DNA from: Polyangiaceae bacterium
GTDB lineage: Bacteria > Myxococcota_A > Polyangia > Polyangiales > Polyangiaceae
DNA: 64,000 nucleotides
Direction: 5' to 3'
NCBI GenBank assembly: GCA_965222375.1
Contig: CBDCTZ010000014.1
Coordinates: 1,216,001-1,280,000, forward strand
Position numbers and translations under genes: made by a program. The first letter of the stretch is position 1. Each line of letters opens with the position of its first letter. Positions 37,212 through 47,923 of this stretch are shown piece after piece. Below the pieces are notes generated by a model that saw nothing but the letters and a program-made list of their open reading frames with translations, searched no databases and had not been told where the DNA came from.

Positions 37212-40200
37212 TCAGTCCGTTAGTAGTTTGGCGGCGAGTTCCAAGGTTTCTTCTATGATTGGCAGTTCCAGGTACGCTGTCTGCTTGCCTGCCTTAGCGG
37301 CGTGCTGCGTGAGAATCGCGTCTCGAGCGCGGCGGATGGTACCTTGCGCGAGTTCAGATTGGCCCGCTGCGAGCTGTGCTTCCGCTAGGGCGAGGCTCGT
37401 CCACTCGGCGCCTTCCACAACGGCGCCAGAAGAGGCGGCTAAGGCGGCCGACTCGGTTGCCTCTTCGAGGGCGCGGTCAATCCGACCTTGGGCGAGTAGG
37501 GCGCGCGCCAGGGCTGCCTTGCTCATGGGCAGCAAGCCGGTATGCGCCTGGGCGAGTTCGGTGGCCAGCTCCGCATGCTCCGCGCTGGACCGGCTATCGC
37601 CAAGTTTCAGGGCAATCAGGGCGGCATAGACTCGGGCCACGGCTTCGAGGCTAGGGGAGTCCAGGGACTGCGCTCGACTGATTCCCCGAGAGGCGGTCTG
37701 CTGCGCAGTTGCCAGGTCGCCGGCGCAGAGCAGCGCGTAGGCGAGGTTGGTCGTCGCTTGCGCCTCCGTCCGTGCCAGCCCGAGGGCGGTGGCTTTTCGC
37801 TCGGCCTCGAGGAGTACTTCGATGGCACGCTGAAACTGGCCGACTTGTGCCATTCCGAAGCCGAGATTCATCCCGAAGATGCAGGCGCTGCGTGCGTCGC
37901 CCAGCGCACGCATGGCGTTACACGCGTTTTCTGTCGCCTGAACATAGGTGGCGATGTCGTGGTCCACGTGCGCACGTAGGGATCGAAACACCGAGAGCCA
38001 GGCCCGAACCTGAAGATCCGAAGCGGCATCCATCGTCAGGTCGCTCAACCGCGGAGCCAACCACGTGTCGACGTCTGCGACCGGCACACCCTCGAGAAGG
38101 GCCGTCGCGACCCTGAGCAGGTTGACCGACCAGATCGACCTCCTCTCGTCGGTGAGCCCCATCGACAGCGCTTTGGCCGCAGTGAACGCTTCCGTGAATC
38201 GTCCGAGTTGTGCCGCGGCGAGAATGAACTCTCGCTGGGCGGTAGAGTAGTCCTCGCTCGTTGGCTTCAGTAGCTGTAGCGCGTCTTGCGCCGACTTGCG
38301 CGCAGACTCTGCTCTGCCGAGGGAGCGATGAGCCTCCGCTTGCAGCGCGAGCAAGGCGCCCTCCAGTTCGGGCAATGCCGGGGCCCCCAGCGCGAGGGCT
38401 ACGTGTTCCAACGCACGCTCGTGGGCGCCCGCGGAGAGCGCGAGCCCTGCAGACTCCCGGTACAAGGGTGCTGCTCTCTCGGGTTTGCCTCCCCTCCGGA
38501 AGTGCTCCGCAACGGTGAATGGATCGCGTCGTTGTCGCTGCTGCAACCACTCGGCGGCAAGTCGGTTTCCGAGCTGGCGATCCTCTTCTGTCAGCATGGC
38601 GTAGGCTGCGTCACGCACCAATGCGTGCCGGAAGCGAAGTTGGCCGCTGCTGTCACCTGCATGGTGCGTCAGGATTTCCTTGTTTTCGAGTTCGGCCAAG
38701 ATGCTGGCGTAAGGGAGATGGCCGGCATCCACACCAAGTAGTGCGAGAGCGCCCTCGGCTTCGAACCGCTCTCCAAATACGCTTGCCGCGCGCAACACAC
38801 GTTTGGGGTCCTTGCCCAGACCGTCCAACCGCGATTGCACCAGTCCTACTATGGTGTCCGGCAGCTCTTGGCGACCTTCCGCCGTGGCGCGTAACAGTTC
38901 CTCCAGGCAGAAGGCATTGCCCTCGGCCCGGGTGACGATGGTGGCGAGGTTTTCCGGGCTCACCCCGCTGCCGAGCACCGAACGAACGATTCGCTGGGCG
39001 GCCTTGTTGCTGAGGGGAGCCAGTCGGAGTTCGAGAAGGTTGCGATGTTGCCATAGGTTGGGGAATCGTTCCCTTACCTCTGGCCTCGCCGTTGCCAGAA
39101 CTGCCAGAGGGGCGTCTTGGAGCTGGCGAAGCAGGGTGTCCACCAACGCAACACTTGCCGAGTCTGCCCAGTGAAGGTCCTCCAATACGATTGTGAGCGG
39201 GTCACGCCGACACTGCGCCGCGATCACATTGCAGATGGCTCGGAACTGGCTGTCGGCCATCAGCCGCGCGTCCCGCAGCGAAGCGCTCAGCAGGGGATGA
39301 CTAGCTTCGTCTGCATCGAGCAAGTTTGAAAGCAGCGCGAGGGTCTCCCGCCAGCGCGAGTCCTTCCTCATCAGTGCGCGCACTTCTCGCTCGAGGAGCG
39401 CAGCTCTGACGGTACCGGGGTCTGCATTGCGCACGCGGAGGCCGTCGAGCAGTAGTTGGCGCACGACTGATAGCGCCGAACCGGCGTCCATGGGGTCGCA
39501 GCGCGCGAACCAAACCTGCGCTGTCGACTCTGCCGCGCCTGCACCGGTGAGATACTCACGAACCAGGCGCGACTTGCCACTGCCCGCTGGGCCGGAGACT
39601 AGCGCCGCGCGACAATTCTCTTCCTCAGCAACTTCCGCGGTCAACGCGGAAAGGGTGGCGAGTTCGTGTCGGCGGCCAACGAAAGGAACAGCTCGGTTGA
39701 GCACCCGACGCTCGCCATGGTGGTCGTGGCTGCCTTCGAGTAGATGGTGGCCATCGGCTTGTCGCAACTTGTACCCGGAACTCATCAAGTCGCGGGTGGT
39801 CGCGTCGACGCGGATCTCGCCCGGCTTTGCGCCGACGAGGGCGTCGACGCCGCGATCAATGACCACGCCTACTGGAACCACGTTTCCGACGACCCCAAAT
39901 CCCGTTGATAGCGCCAACATGGCATTGGGCTCTTGGGTTTGCAGGGCGAGGGCAGCTCGTGCCGCCCGGGCGGCATGATCTGTGGGTGCGCCCTGGCCAG
40001 CAATCGTGACCACCAACACGCCGTTTGCCAGGAAGTGGATTTGCGCGCCGAGCATCTCGGCCATGGCATGCAACGCATGCGTGGGTGCGCTGGTGTCATT
40101 GGTATCGCTGGCCGCCACGGTCGCGTCGGGATCCCGAAGGCCCCTCGCCAGCACCACGGACAACAAGCGTTGCTCCTGCTGCGTGATGCCCGTTGGCGGT

Positions 40201-41063
40201 ACGCTTCGCGGGCGCACGGGTAATTCGGCCGGGTCGCCCAACTCCGAGAGCTCTGCGAGGAGGTCTTGGGCCGTCTGCGGCCGTCGCGCGGGAGACTTGC
40301 TCAGAAGCCGCAGCACGAGGTCGTCCAACGCTGCCGGTACCTTCGCGTTGATCGTGCTCGGTGGTGGCGGGTCTTCGAGCAGGATCTTCGCCAGAATGCC
40401 GGTCTGTTGTCGCGCGTGAAACGCTTTGCGCCCAGTGAGGCACTCAAAGCTGACGCACCCGAGGGAGAAGAGATCGGTTCTGGAATCGAGGCTGCCCTGT
40501 GCCATGGCTTGCTCTGGCGACATGTAGGCCCAAGTTCCCACGACCTCCCCGGTGGCCGTGACTTCGTCCATGCCGCTGGCGTGACGCGCAATTCCGAAGT
40601 CCAGCACCGTTACCCGGGAAGGCTCCCCATCCACCAAGAAGAGGTTGCTGGGTTTGACATCGCGATGCACGACGCCAGCCGTGTGGGCCGTTTCGAGGGC
40701 GCTGGCGACCCGCTCGGTGACGGAAAGACAATCAGGGAGGCTGAGGGGGCCAGCTCGAAGCCGCTTGGAGAGGGGCTCGCCATCCAACCAGTCCATGGCG
40801 AGCCAGGGCTGCCCTTGCTCGCTCACTCCATGGTCTATGTATTGAACGATGGCGGGATGTTGCAGCGAGGACAGGACGAGGGCTTCGCGCTCGAAACGCT
40901 CCGCGGCGTCTGGGCGTTGCGCTGTCATCAGTTTGATGGCCACGTCGCGTTGGCGCTTTGCGTCCCGAGCGCGAAACACTGCACCCATGCCTCCGCGAGC
41001 CACTTCTTGCAGCAGCGAGAACCTATCGTTGAGGGTGGAGGGCGCGTTCACCGAACCGGCCAT
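37212..41063 (-). CDS. Ser/Thr kinase-AAA(STAND-like ATPase)-TPR multidomain protein
   Basis: HRDVKPSN, DFG, FVGRRHEL, GPAGSGKS, LEDLHWAD, FRHALVRDAAY, and C-terminal helical repeats. Confidence 0.9.
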   Translation of the reverse strand: MAGSVNAPSTLNDRFSLLQEVARGGMGAVFRARDAKRQRDVAIKLMTAQRPDAAERFEREALVLSSLQHPAIVQYIDHGVSEQGQPWLAMDWLDGEPLSKRLRAGPLSLPDCLSVTERVASALETAHTAGVVHRDVKPSNLFLVDGEPSRVTVLDFGIARHASGMDEVTATGEVVGTWAYMSPEQAMAQGSLDSRTDLFSLGCVSFECLTGRKAFHARQQTGILAKILLEDPPPPSTINAKVPAALDDLVLRLLSKSPARRPQTAQDLLAELSELGDPAELPVRPRSVPPTGITQQEQRLLSVVLARGLRDPDATVAASDTNDTSAPTHALHAMAEMLGAQIHFLANGVLVVTIAGQGAPTDHAARAARAALALQTQEPNAMLALSTGFGVVGNVVPVGVVIDRGVDALVGAKPGEIRVDATTRDLMSSGYKLRQADGHHLLEGSHDHHGERRVLNRAVPFVGRRHELATLSALTAEVAEEENCRAALVSGPAGSGKSRLVREYLTGAGAAESTAQVWFARCDPMDAGSALSVVRQLLLDGLRVRNADPGTVRAALLEREVRALMRKDSRWRETLALLSNLLDADEASHPLLSASLRDARLMADSQFRAICNVIAAQCRRDPLTIVLEDLHWADSASVALVDTLLRQLQDAPLAVLATARPEVRERFPNLWQHRNLLELRLAPLSNKAAQRIVRSVLGSGVSPENLATIVTRAEGNAFCLEELLRATAEGRQELPDTIVGLVQSRLDGLGKDPKRVLRAASVFGERFEAEGALALLGVDAGHLPYASILAELENKEILTHHAGDSSGQLRFRHALVRDAAYAMLTEEDRQLGNRLAAEWLQQRQRRDPFTVAEHFRRGGKPERAAPLYRESAGLALSAGAHERALEHVALALGAPALPELEGALLALQAEAHRSLGRAESARKSAQDALQLLKPTSEDYSTAQREFILAAAQLGRFTEAFTAAKALSMGLTDERRSIWSVNLLRVATALLEGVPVADVDTWLAPRLSDLTMDAASDLQVRAWLSVFRSLRAHVDHDIATYVQATENACNAMRALGDARSACIFGMNLGFGMAQVGQFQRAIEVLLEAERKATALGLARTEAQATTNLAYALLCAGDLATAQQTASRGISRAQSLDSPSLEAVARVYAALIALKLGDSRSSAEHAELATELAQAHTGLLPMSKAALARALLAQGRIDRALEEATESAALAASSGAVVEGAEWTSLALAEAQLAAGQSELAQGTIRRARDAILTQHAAKAGKQTAYLELPIIEETLELAAKLLTD

Positions 41064-41103
41064 GATGTCAGCCGCGGCCCTGCGCTACAAGCAGCACCCG
41101 GGC

Positions 41104-41949
41104 TCAGGGCAGCTCGAGGGCGACGATCAACGCGCAGCGGGAGGCTTCGTCGCCAGAGGCGTCCGCGGTCTTCTTCTTCATCTCCGCTTGGTACTCGACG
41201 AGCTGACGGCGGTCGAAGCGGTCTACATGCCGGAGAACGAAAGCCAGCTCCCGTGTGAGATCTAGGGACAACGGTCGACCCGTGGCCGCGTGCATTTCGA
41301 CCATGCGGTCGACCCATACGCCGTCCTTGGTTGCGGCAGCTAGTTTTAGACAGTAGCGCCCCGCGACATCGAGCAAGTCGTCCCCAAGCGGGACGGACCT
41401 CTGTGCCCCGCGCACCACGCTAGTGATGTGTCCCGAAAGCAAGCGGGCGGCGCCTTTCCCGTCGCCGCGAGCCAGGAGCTGGTCAGCCAAACGACCGAAC
41501 AGCTCGAAAGCGTCAGTCTTTGTGGTATCAACCCGGGCATTGCTACTGCGCCTTACAGCCGCTACGCGCACGCCCGATGCAGGTGGGACGCTGCTGTTGC
41601 GCTGCGCCGGCACGGTGTCTGAAATCACCCGAGTACTGACGTCCCCAGGATTGGCGAAGACGGTGAGTTCGCACCCGCCGATCAGGATTCGATCGCCGAC
41701 TTGAAGATTCGTGGGCCGATACAGCCGAGTTTCATTCAAGAAAACACCGTTAGCGCTGCCCAGGTCTTCAAGCAGCGCGCCGCGGTCATGGACTGTTATG
41801 CGCGCGTGGGTTCGTGATACCAGATCGTCCTGGATCACGAAGTGGCAGCCGCTGTCGCGGCCGATGAGGTGCTCCCCCCTCCTGAGTGGAACTAGTCGCC
41901 CCTGATGACGTAGGCTGTACGATCGCTGGGCGCTTTGCGGCGCGTTCAT
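41104..41949 (-). CDS. FHA domain protein
   Basis: IGRD, VSRTHA, DLGSANGVFLN. Confidence 0.9.
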   Translation of the reverse strand: MNAPQSAQRSYSLRHQGRLVPLRRGEHLIGRDSGCHFVIQDDLVSRTHARITVHDRGALLEDLGSANGVFLNETRLYRPTNLQVGDRILIGGCELTVFANPGDVSTRVISDTVPAQRNSSVPPASGVRVAAVRRSSNARVDTTKTDAFELFGRLADQLLARGDGKGAARLLSGHITSVVRGAQRSVPLGDDLLDVAGRYCLKLAAATKDGVWVDRMVEMHAATGRPLSLDLTRELAFVLRHVDRFDRRQLVEYQAEMKKKTADASGDEASRCALIVALELP

Positions 41950-42098
41950 CTCGACTCCCCGGCGCGGAAGCTAGCACAGTTCTTCGGCCGTGCCGGACCC
42001 TTGAGAAATGGCTGTATTTACGGCGCATTGGCGACGCCGTCGGCAGAAGTGGCGGTGGTGGTTGGCGGTTGCCCTGCCGTTGTCGGATACTAGTTGCA

Positions 42099-42683
42099 GT
42101 GCACGCTGTTCCTGCATTCGCCATCGCCTTGACCTTGGCGCTCGGCTGCTCTCTGACGCGGAGCACGGACGAATACAACGCGGGCGGGGGTGGTACACAG
42201 TCTGCCTCCGGGGGTGCGGGCGCGATGAGCGGCGGCAGCGGCGGAGCTTCCGGTGGCGCCGCCGCTGCCGGGGCGGGAGCGGGCGGCAGCTCGGGGGGCG
42301 GCTCCGGAGGTTCAAGTGGTGGCAGCGGATCGCCTGCCGGAGGCGGGGCGGCCGGCTCCGGAAGTGGCACGGGGATAGGTGGCAGTAGCGGAGCATCAGG
42401 TGCGCCAGGGGTCGTATGTGGAGCCGATGTCTGCACCGGCACGCAGGCCTGTTGCATCAACGATGCGATCTCGCAGTGCACTGATGAGCCTTCAGACTGT
42501 TCGTCGGACGCGATACTCTTCTTTTGCGATGGTCCCGAGGATTGCGACGGCAGACTCTGTTGTGCGGTCAGCCCTCGAACTGTCTGCCAAGAGTCGTGTC
42601 CAGGGCCTCGCGTCTGCCACAACGACGGCGACTGCGCGGGCCAGAAGTGCAAAGGCGCGGGCAGCATCAGGCTCTGCGGTTGA
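42099..42683 (+). CDS. Cys-rich lipoprotein with Gly linker
   Basis: LALGC lipobox. CDGPEDC...CC domain. Start approximate. Confidence 0.7.
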   Translation: MHAVPAFAIALTLALGCSLTRSTDEYNAGGGGTQSASGGAGAMSGGSGGASGGAAAAGAGAGGSSGGGSGGSSGGSGSPAGGGAAGSGSGTGIGGSSGASGAPGVVCGADVCTGTQACCINDAISQCTDEPSDCSSDAILFFCDGPEDCDGRLCCAVSPRTVCQESCPGPRVCHNDGDCAGQKCKGAGSIRLCG

Positions 42684-42742
42684 CGGCCCGCGCCGAGCGG
42701 CGGCCTTGACCCGAAGAGCCACTGCTGAAACCCTGCCCACCC

Positions 42743-43234
42743 ATGCAGCCACCTCAGCAGAGTTTTGGCTCGGGTTTCAATCCACCTCCCGGCCCTCCAG
42801 GTGGCTACTTGCCCGGTGCGCCGGGGTTGAACCCCATGGCCGGCGAGCACGTTGCGCGCAGTCAGGTCGCCGGCCCTTCGATCGCTCTCATGGTCGTGTC
42901 CGCCTGCACGTTCCTTTGGTACCTCTTCGCTTTTGTGATGGTGATCTTCGCCGGCGGGTTGAGCTTTCTCGGCGGCGGAGCAGGGGATCCCGGTGCCATG
43001 CTCGGCGTCGGCATGGGGGCTGCGATCTACTTGTTCTTCGCGCTGGCTGCCGTCGTGACCTTCGTGGGGGCCCTGCGCATGAAGTCCCTCAAGAACTACG
43101 GACTTGGGGTCACGAGTGCCGTGTTGGCCATCCTGCCGTGCACCACATACATATGCTGCATGTTTACGATGCCCCTTGGGGTTTGGGCGCTAGTCGTCTT
43201 GCTGAAGCCAGAGGTCAAAGCCGAGTTCAGCTGA
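42743..43234 (+). CDS. Pro-rich N-terminus membrane protein
   Basis: PPPGPPGG followed by 3-4 TM. PLGVWALVVLLKPEVKAEF. Confidence 0.75.
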   Translation: MQPPQQSFGSGFNPPPGPPGGYLPGAPGLNPMAGEHVARSQVAGPSIALMVVSACTFLWYLFAFVMVIFAGGLSFLGGGAGDPGAMLGVGMGAAIYLFFALAAVVTFVGALRMKSLKNYGLGVTSAVLAILPCTTYICCMFTMPLGVWALVVLLKPEVKAEFS

Positions 43235-43248
43235 GCCGCGGCGAGAAA

Positions 43249-44052
43249 TCACTTCGACGACAACACTACCCGTCGCGCCGTCACGCGCAGGGGGCCGACG
43301 GGCACGACGATGAAGCCAGCGCCCTCTCGATCCAAGAGCGCAACATGAGGGCCGGGGAGGCTCTGTGGGATCTGTGCCGCTGTATGAACAGCGATAGCGT
43401 CCTTGCCCAGCCTTCGCTGGTGTTCCCACAGGCTCTCTTGCTGCTCCAGAGACCGGCTCTGAGGCCAGGGGATGGAACAGCTGCGGAACGCGTCGAAAGC
43501 TACCTCCTCGCTGCCTCCGCAGCCTGCAAGGGCCTGACGCAAGGGCTCGATGTCCGCGCTTGCACCTGCGCGAACCTTGGGTAGCTGCGCCGGCAAGCTA
43601 GCCAAGTGGTACAACTGTTTGAGCCCGAGCAGACCCGCTAGTACAATGCCGGCTATGTTCCACTTGTCGGGCACTCGCCAGGCAGGGCGCCCGAGTCGAA
43701 AGTAGGTCGCAACGACCAGCGCGATCAGGATGGCTGGAGCCCAGAGTCGGACACGCAGTGCTTCGTGCTGAAACGTCAAGCTGGCCTGCAGGGCGAGTTC
43801 GATGGCCAGGGCGGGGCCGATTCCTAGAGACCGTCGCGCAAGGACGTACACGGCGAGCAGACTGATGCCGTTCATCATGATGAAAGGGACACGCATGGCG
43901 CTCTCCGGGTCCGTCGCGTCCTCGAGAACCACGATTTCTACGGCGTCAAAGGGTACGACCGTGGACAGCCAGTAGCGAAGGGCAGCGCCCGCTACCAAGG
44001 ACGCAAGCACCGCGAAGAGCTCGAGCCAAAACCAATCCTTGGGTCGTTCCAA
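43249..44052 (-). CDS. Membrane protein resembling a truncated GT-C (ArnT/PMT-like) glycosyltransferase
   Basis: AMRVPF...SLLAVYVLARRSLGIGPAL...EALRVRLWA resembles GT-C N-terminal helices. Confidence 0.5.
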   Translation of the reverse strand: MERPKDWFWLELFAVLASLVAGAALRYWLSTVVPFDAVEIVVLEDATDPESAMRVPFIMMNGISLLAVYVLARRSLGIGPALAIELALQASLTFQHEALRVRLWAPAILIALVVATYFRLGRPAWRVPDKWNIAGIVLAGLLGLKQLYHLASLPAQLPKVRAGASADIEPLRQALAGCGGSEEVAFDAFRSCSIPWPQSRSLEQQESLWEHQRRLGKDAIAVHTAAQIPQSLPGPHVALLDREGAGFIVVPVGPLRVTARRVVLSSK

Positions 44053-44221
44053 CCTGAAACCTACCCTCGCGTTGACGGGCGATGAGCCCTCATCGGCTCG
44101 ACGCTATCCGCGCTGAGATGCACGCCCAATTGGAACACGACCGCGGGATTCGGTGCTCAATTTGTTGCGCAAGGCCTGACGAAAAGCACGCCCGACGCGG
44201 GGCACCCAAGACTCTAGAGCG

Positions 44222-44986
44222 CTAGCAGTTCGGGCAGCCGCAACCCATGCCCTTGATGCCAGAGAGGTCACTGCAGGCTACGTAGGGAGAGATGCACACG
44301 CTGCTTCCCATGCAATCGCAATTTGGCGTGCCTTCGCAGCCCTTCGGCACGGTGACGCAGTGGTTGGAAATGGTGGCGTCGCCTCCTTGCGAATCCACCT
44401 TGACGCATGTCGTCAACGGGCCCGTGCAGTCGGCGCAACTCGGGACGTCCCTGCACTGAGTGGCGTCCACGCAAGGCCCCCAACACACGCCGGCTACGCT
44501 AACGACCTGTCCCGGCGGGCAAGTCGGCGGCAGAGACTCGCATAGGACCTTGGAGGTGTCGCAATCGAAGCCCGCTACGCAGCGGCCAGCCGCGCATATC
44601 GGTGCCTTGACGTTCTGCGATGTGCACATGTCGACTTTGCAGGAAGCAAAGCACGACGCGGGGTCCGGATGGTTCTTCGGCAGACCGACACAGGTGCAAC
44701 AATCGCTGAAGAGTTTGCAGTCGCTGTCGCTGTCGCACTCGGGCGCTGGGCCGCTGCTGCCACCCGTGCCGGCCGTTCCGCCGGTTCCAGCCGTAGCTCC
44801 GGAGCCACCGGAGCCGGCGACTGCGCCACTGCCTGCGGAGCCGCTGTTGCCAGCCGCCGCGCCGCTGCCACCGGTGGCTCCTGCGCCCGACGCGCCGGCG
44901 CTTCCACCGGCGCCGCTCTCGGCATTCCCGCCGCAGGCCGCAAGACCAAGAGTCAGGAGAGCTACCCAATGCGCCAGTAACTTCAT
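44222..44986 (-). CDS. Cys-rich lipoprotein
   Basis: LAAC lipobox, Gly linker, more than 20 Cys in the C-terminal half. Confidence 0.75.
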   Translation of the reverse strand: MKLLAHWVALLTLGLAACGGNAESGAGGSAGASGAGATGGSGAAAGNSGSAGSGAVAGSGGSGATAGTGGTAGTGGSSGPAPECDSDSDCKLFSDCCTCVGLPKNHPDPASCFASCKVDMCTSQNVKAPICAAGRCVAGFDCDTSKVLCESLPPTCPPGQVVSVAGVCWGPCVDATQCRDVPSCADCTGPLTTCVKVDSQGGDATISNHCVTVPKGCEGTPNCDCMGSSVCISPYVACSDLSGIKGMGCGCPNC

Positions 44987-45133
44987 GAGCGTTTTGCCGT
45001 GCAGGACCCATGCCGAGTGGAGGACAGGCGAAAAAAGGCAGTGGCACACGCAGCGGGTTGGCACAGTCCCGGGCGCATGGATCACAACGCCACAGCACAG
45101 CTGTGATTCAATCGCGATGAGGGTCCCCGGACA

Positions 45134-46555
45134 GTGAATGCCGATGCTGATTGCCTAGGGTCATTGAAGCTGCTCGCGCGGGGCACGACCCGGCGGCTTC
45201 GGCGCACGGCAAGGCGTTGCGCGTGGACCGGCTTGTCCGGCGTCATGTTCACGACATCGGCTCTGGCTGGCAATGAGGAGTCGTATCTCTTCGGGGACCA
45301 AGCCGCGCTCTCGGGAGGGGCGGTGACCGCGAACATCCGAGACACATCTGCCATTTGGTACAACCCCGCCGGCCTAGGTCACAATCGGCGTGGTCGACTG
45401 GAGCTGAGCGGGACTGCGTTCACTGCGCGGTGGCGCAACACGAATGAAGGTCTGGTGGTGGACCTCGAGTCCCGCCGGGTCTCCCGCTCGATCAAGAGCC
45501 AGGAGGTTTTTGTCGTTCCAGCGTCCCTGACAGCGGCACGGGAGATCAGTCGTGGGCTGTCCATTGGTGTGGGCTTGTTCGCGACCGAACAAGATCTCTT
45601 CAGCTTCCAGCGCGCTATCCGCACCAGCGATGGCAGCATGAACATCGACTTGGCCGGGGCGCTTTCTGGCACGGTGATTCGTTACCATGCGGGGCCAAGC
45701 ATTGGTTGGCAGGCTACTCCCGAGCTGCGCGTCGGGTTCAGTGCCTTCGGCGTTTACGAGGACCACAAGGAGTTCCGCAAGCTCTTCGCCGACGTCACGA
45801 TGGCTGGCACCTACGAGACGACGTTTCTCCAACGTTTGGTTGATGCCAAGACGACGCGGGGTGGAGTGGAAGCGGTGCTCGGGGTTCAGTGGGACGCCGG
45901 TCAACGCTGGGAACTGGGAGCAACTCTGCGCTCGCCCCGCTGGGTGTTCTACGAACAGGCCGAGACCGACAACTCGACCGCGGTCATTTCGACCGGCCCA
46001 ACGGCGCCGACGGTGGCCGTTTCCCGCGTGGACCACGTGCCCATCAATTCCGAAGGCACCGGAGTGTCGCGTCCGCCTCGGGCGCACTTAGGAGTCGCCA
46101 AGGGCCTCGGGTCAGTCCAACTCTCCCTAGATGGTGAGGTTCGACCCAGCGGATTCGACACGCCGGTGGCGGACCGCACGGTGATCAACGTACGCGCAGG
46201 CTTGCTCTGGGCGGCCGGTGACAACACCCTACTCGGTGCCGGGGTGTTCTCTGACCGAAGTGGTGAGGCGCTGCCCAGCGTGTTCCCAGATACGCGTGTC
46301 GACTATTACGGCATCTCCATGGGCTGGAAGCAGAAGAACCGCGTCCGGCTGCGCGACGGCGAAGATGCCAGCTCTCTGCTATTTTCCACGACTATCGCTT
46401 TGCGCTATGCGCTCGGCCTAGGGGATGGCGCGCGTATTCGCTTCGACTTTCGGGATGCCCCAAACACCGGCCTCGTCGAGCGTATCGACGACGAACGTGT
46501 CGACGTAGTCCATCACGAGCTGAGTTTGTACTTGGGCACCGGGTTCGAGTTCTGA
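45134..46555 (+). CDS. OmpP1/FadL-like outer membrane beta-barrel (start uncertain)
   Basis: GGAVTA...DTSAIWYNPAGL hatch motif. C-terminal GFEF. Confidence 0.75.
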   Translation: MNADADCLGSLKLLARGTTRRLRRTARRCAWTGLSGVMFTTSALAGNEESYLFGDQAALSGGAVTANIRDTSAIWYNPAGLGHNRRGRLELSGTAFTARWRNTNEGLVVDLESRRVSRSIKSQEVFVVPASLTAAREISRGLSIGVGLFATEQDLFSFQRAIRTSDGSMNIDLAGALSGTVIRYHAGPSIGWQATPELRVGFSAFGVYEDHKEFRKLFADVTMAGTYETTFLQRLVDAKTTRGGVEAVLGVQWDAGQRWELGATLRSPRWVFYEQAETDNSTAVISTGPTAPTVAVSRVDHVPINSEGTGVSRPPRAHLGVAKGLGSVQLSLDGEVRPSGFDTPVADRTVINVRAGLLWAAGDNTLLGAGVFSDRSGEALPSVFPDTRVDYYGISMGWKQKNRVRLRDGEDASSLLFSTTIALRYALGLGDGARIRFDFRDAPNTGLVERIDDERVDVVHHELSLYLGTGFEF

Positions 46556-46909
46556 GTCGCCCCCGCAGGCTTGTGACTTTGCGCCCCCAACTAGAGCGGC
46601 TCATCAAATGCCGTCTCGGACACCTGCGCCGGTGCGATACAGCGAGACAGACCCGCTCAACGACTTGGATTCAGAGTTGTGAGCGCAACACTGAAATCGG
46701 CTGAGGGATCCCCCCGCAGGTCCGCGGCCCCTCGTGCGAGAGTTCTCGCGCCGCGGCCGCGCGACCCAGCACAGCTCTGTTGCCACCCAACAAAGTAGGG
46801 GAGGGGTTGGTCTGCAACAGAGCTGCTCTGCCGCCCTTGGCAGACGCAGCAGCGGCTCTCCCCTGCGGTCGCCCGCGACTCGCTGCCCGCAGCGCGGGGG
46901 CACGGGCGG

Positions 46910-47923
46910 CTAGGTTGGCGGCACGATGAGGGTGATTGCGCGCTTCAGGACGGTGACGCGGAATTGGTGCGAGCAGGGATACTCTTCGCCGTCGATTTGA
47001 GCCGCGATGGCCACATCGCCTTCTTGGGCCAGGGTCACATCGAATTCGCCGGCGGAAATCGGCCGTGAGTGCTCAACGCCGATTTCGTTGAGCATCTCTT
47101 CCGTGAGCGGGTTTCCGTCGAGATCTACGATCGCCTTGCTGGTCCACTCCCGCTTGCCTCGGAACACCACGAGTTCGAAACAGCCGTCGTCGGGTTGGCT
47201 CTCCCGATCGAACACCCAGGCACCGCCGTAGACGCGGGTGCCTTTGATCACGAGATCCGTGAGCCCGTGAAAGGTGTGGGTTTGGCCGTCCGCCACTATG
47301 ACTGCTGAGAACTTGTCGTCGATGATCTGGGATTCCAAGAAGGTGCGTAGGAACGCACCGGCGTAAACGAGCTGATCGCGATAGACTTCTTTCAAGGGCC
47401 CAAGGCCGGCCACTACTTCGCGATCCTGGTTACGTACGGCTAGCACGCGAGCACTCAAGCCCCAGCCCGCGGAGTCGAAGAAGAGCGCGCTCTGCTCGAC
47501 TTTTCCGACTGGGTCGCAGAGTTCCAAGCGCCCGCCGTCCAGTCCGGTGGTCTTGCCAAGGGCCACCACTTCGACGTTTCTCGGCAGGGCTGCCTCCGTC
47601 GCCTCCAGGCCAAAGCTCTTGCCCTGGTCGTTGGCTGTGCCCGTGGGCAGCATGCCCATGCGAACCCTCTTGTTTTGGCCGGACTCGATGATTGCGGCGG
47701 CGACCTCTCGGAAAGTACCGTCGCCGCCCATGGACACGACGACTTCGTCGCCCCCTTCGCGCAGGCGTGTGGCTAGGGCCTGCACAGTCTTTCCGCCGGG
47801 GAGGGTGGAAAACAGTTCCGCCTCGATGTCATGAACCCGAAACAACTCCCGAGCGCGTTCGATGCGCTGTTCGTTCTTACCGGATTGCGCCGTTGGATTG
47901 CCGACGAGCAGGAGTTTGTTCAT
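46910..47923 (-). CDS. Diacylglycerol/lipid kinase family protein
   Basis: VGNPTA, GGDGT, LPTGTAND, QIDGE. Confidence 0.9.
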   Translation of the reverse strand: MNKLLLVGNPTAQSGKNEQRIERARELFRVHDIEAELFSTLPGGKTVQALATRLREGGDEVVVSMGGDGTFREVAAAIIESGQNKRVRMGMLPTGTANDQGKSFGLEATEAALPRNVEVVALGKTTGLDGGRLELCDPVGKVEQSALFFDSAGWGLSARVLAVRNQDREVVAGLGPLKEVYRDQLVYAGAFLRTFLESQIIDDKFSAVIVADGQTHTFHGLTDLVIKGTRVYGGAWVFDRESQPDDGCFELVVFRGKREWTSKAIVDLDGNPLTEEMLNEIGVEHSRPISAGEFDVTLAQEGDVAIAAQIDGEEYPCSHQFRVTVLKRAITLIVPPT

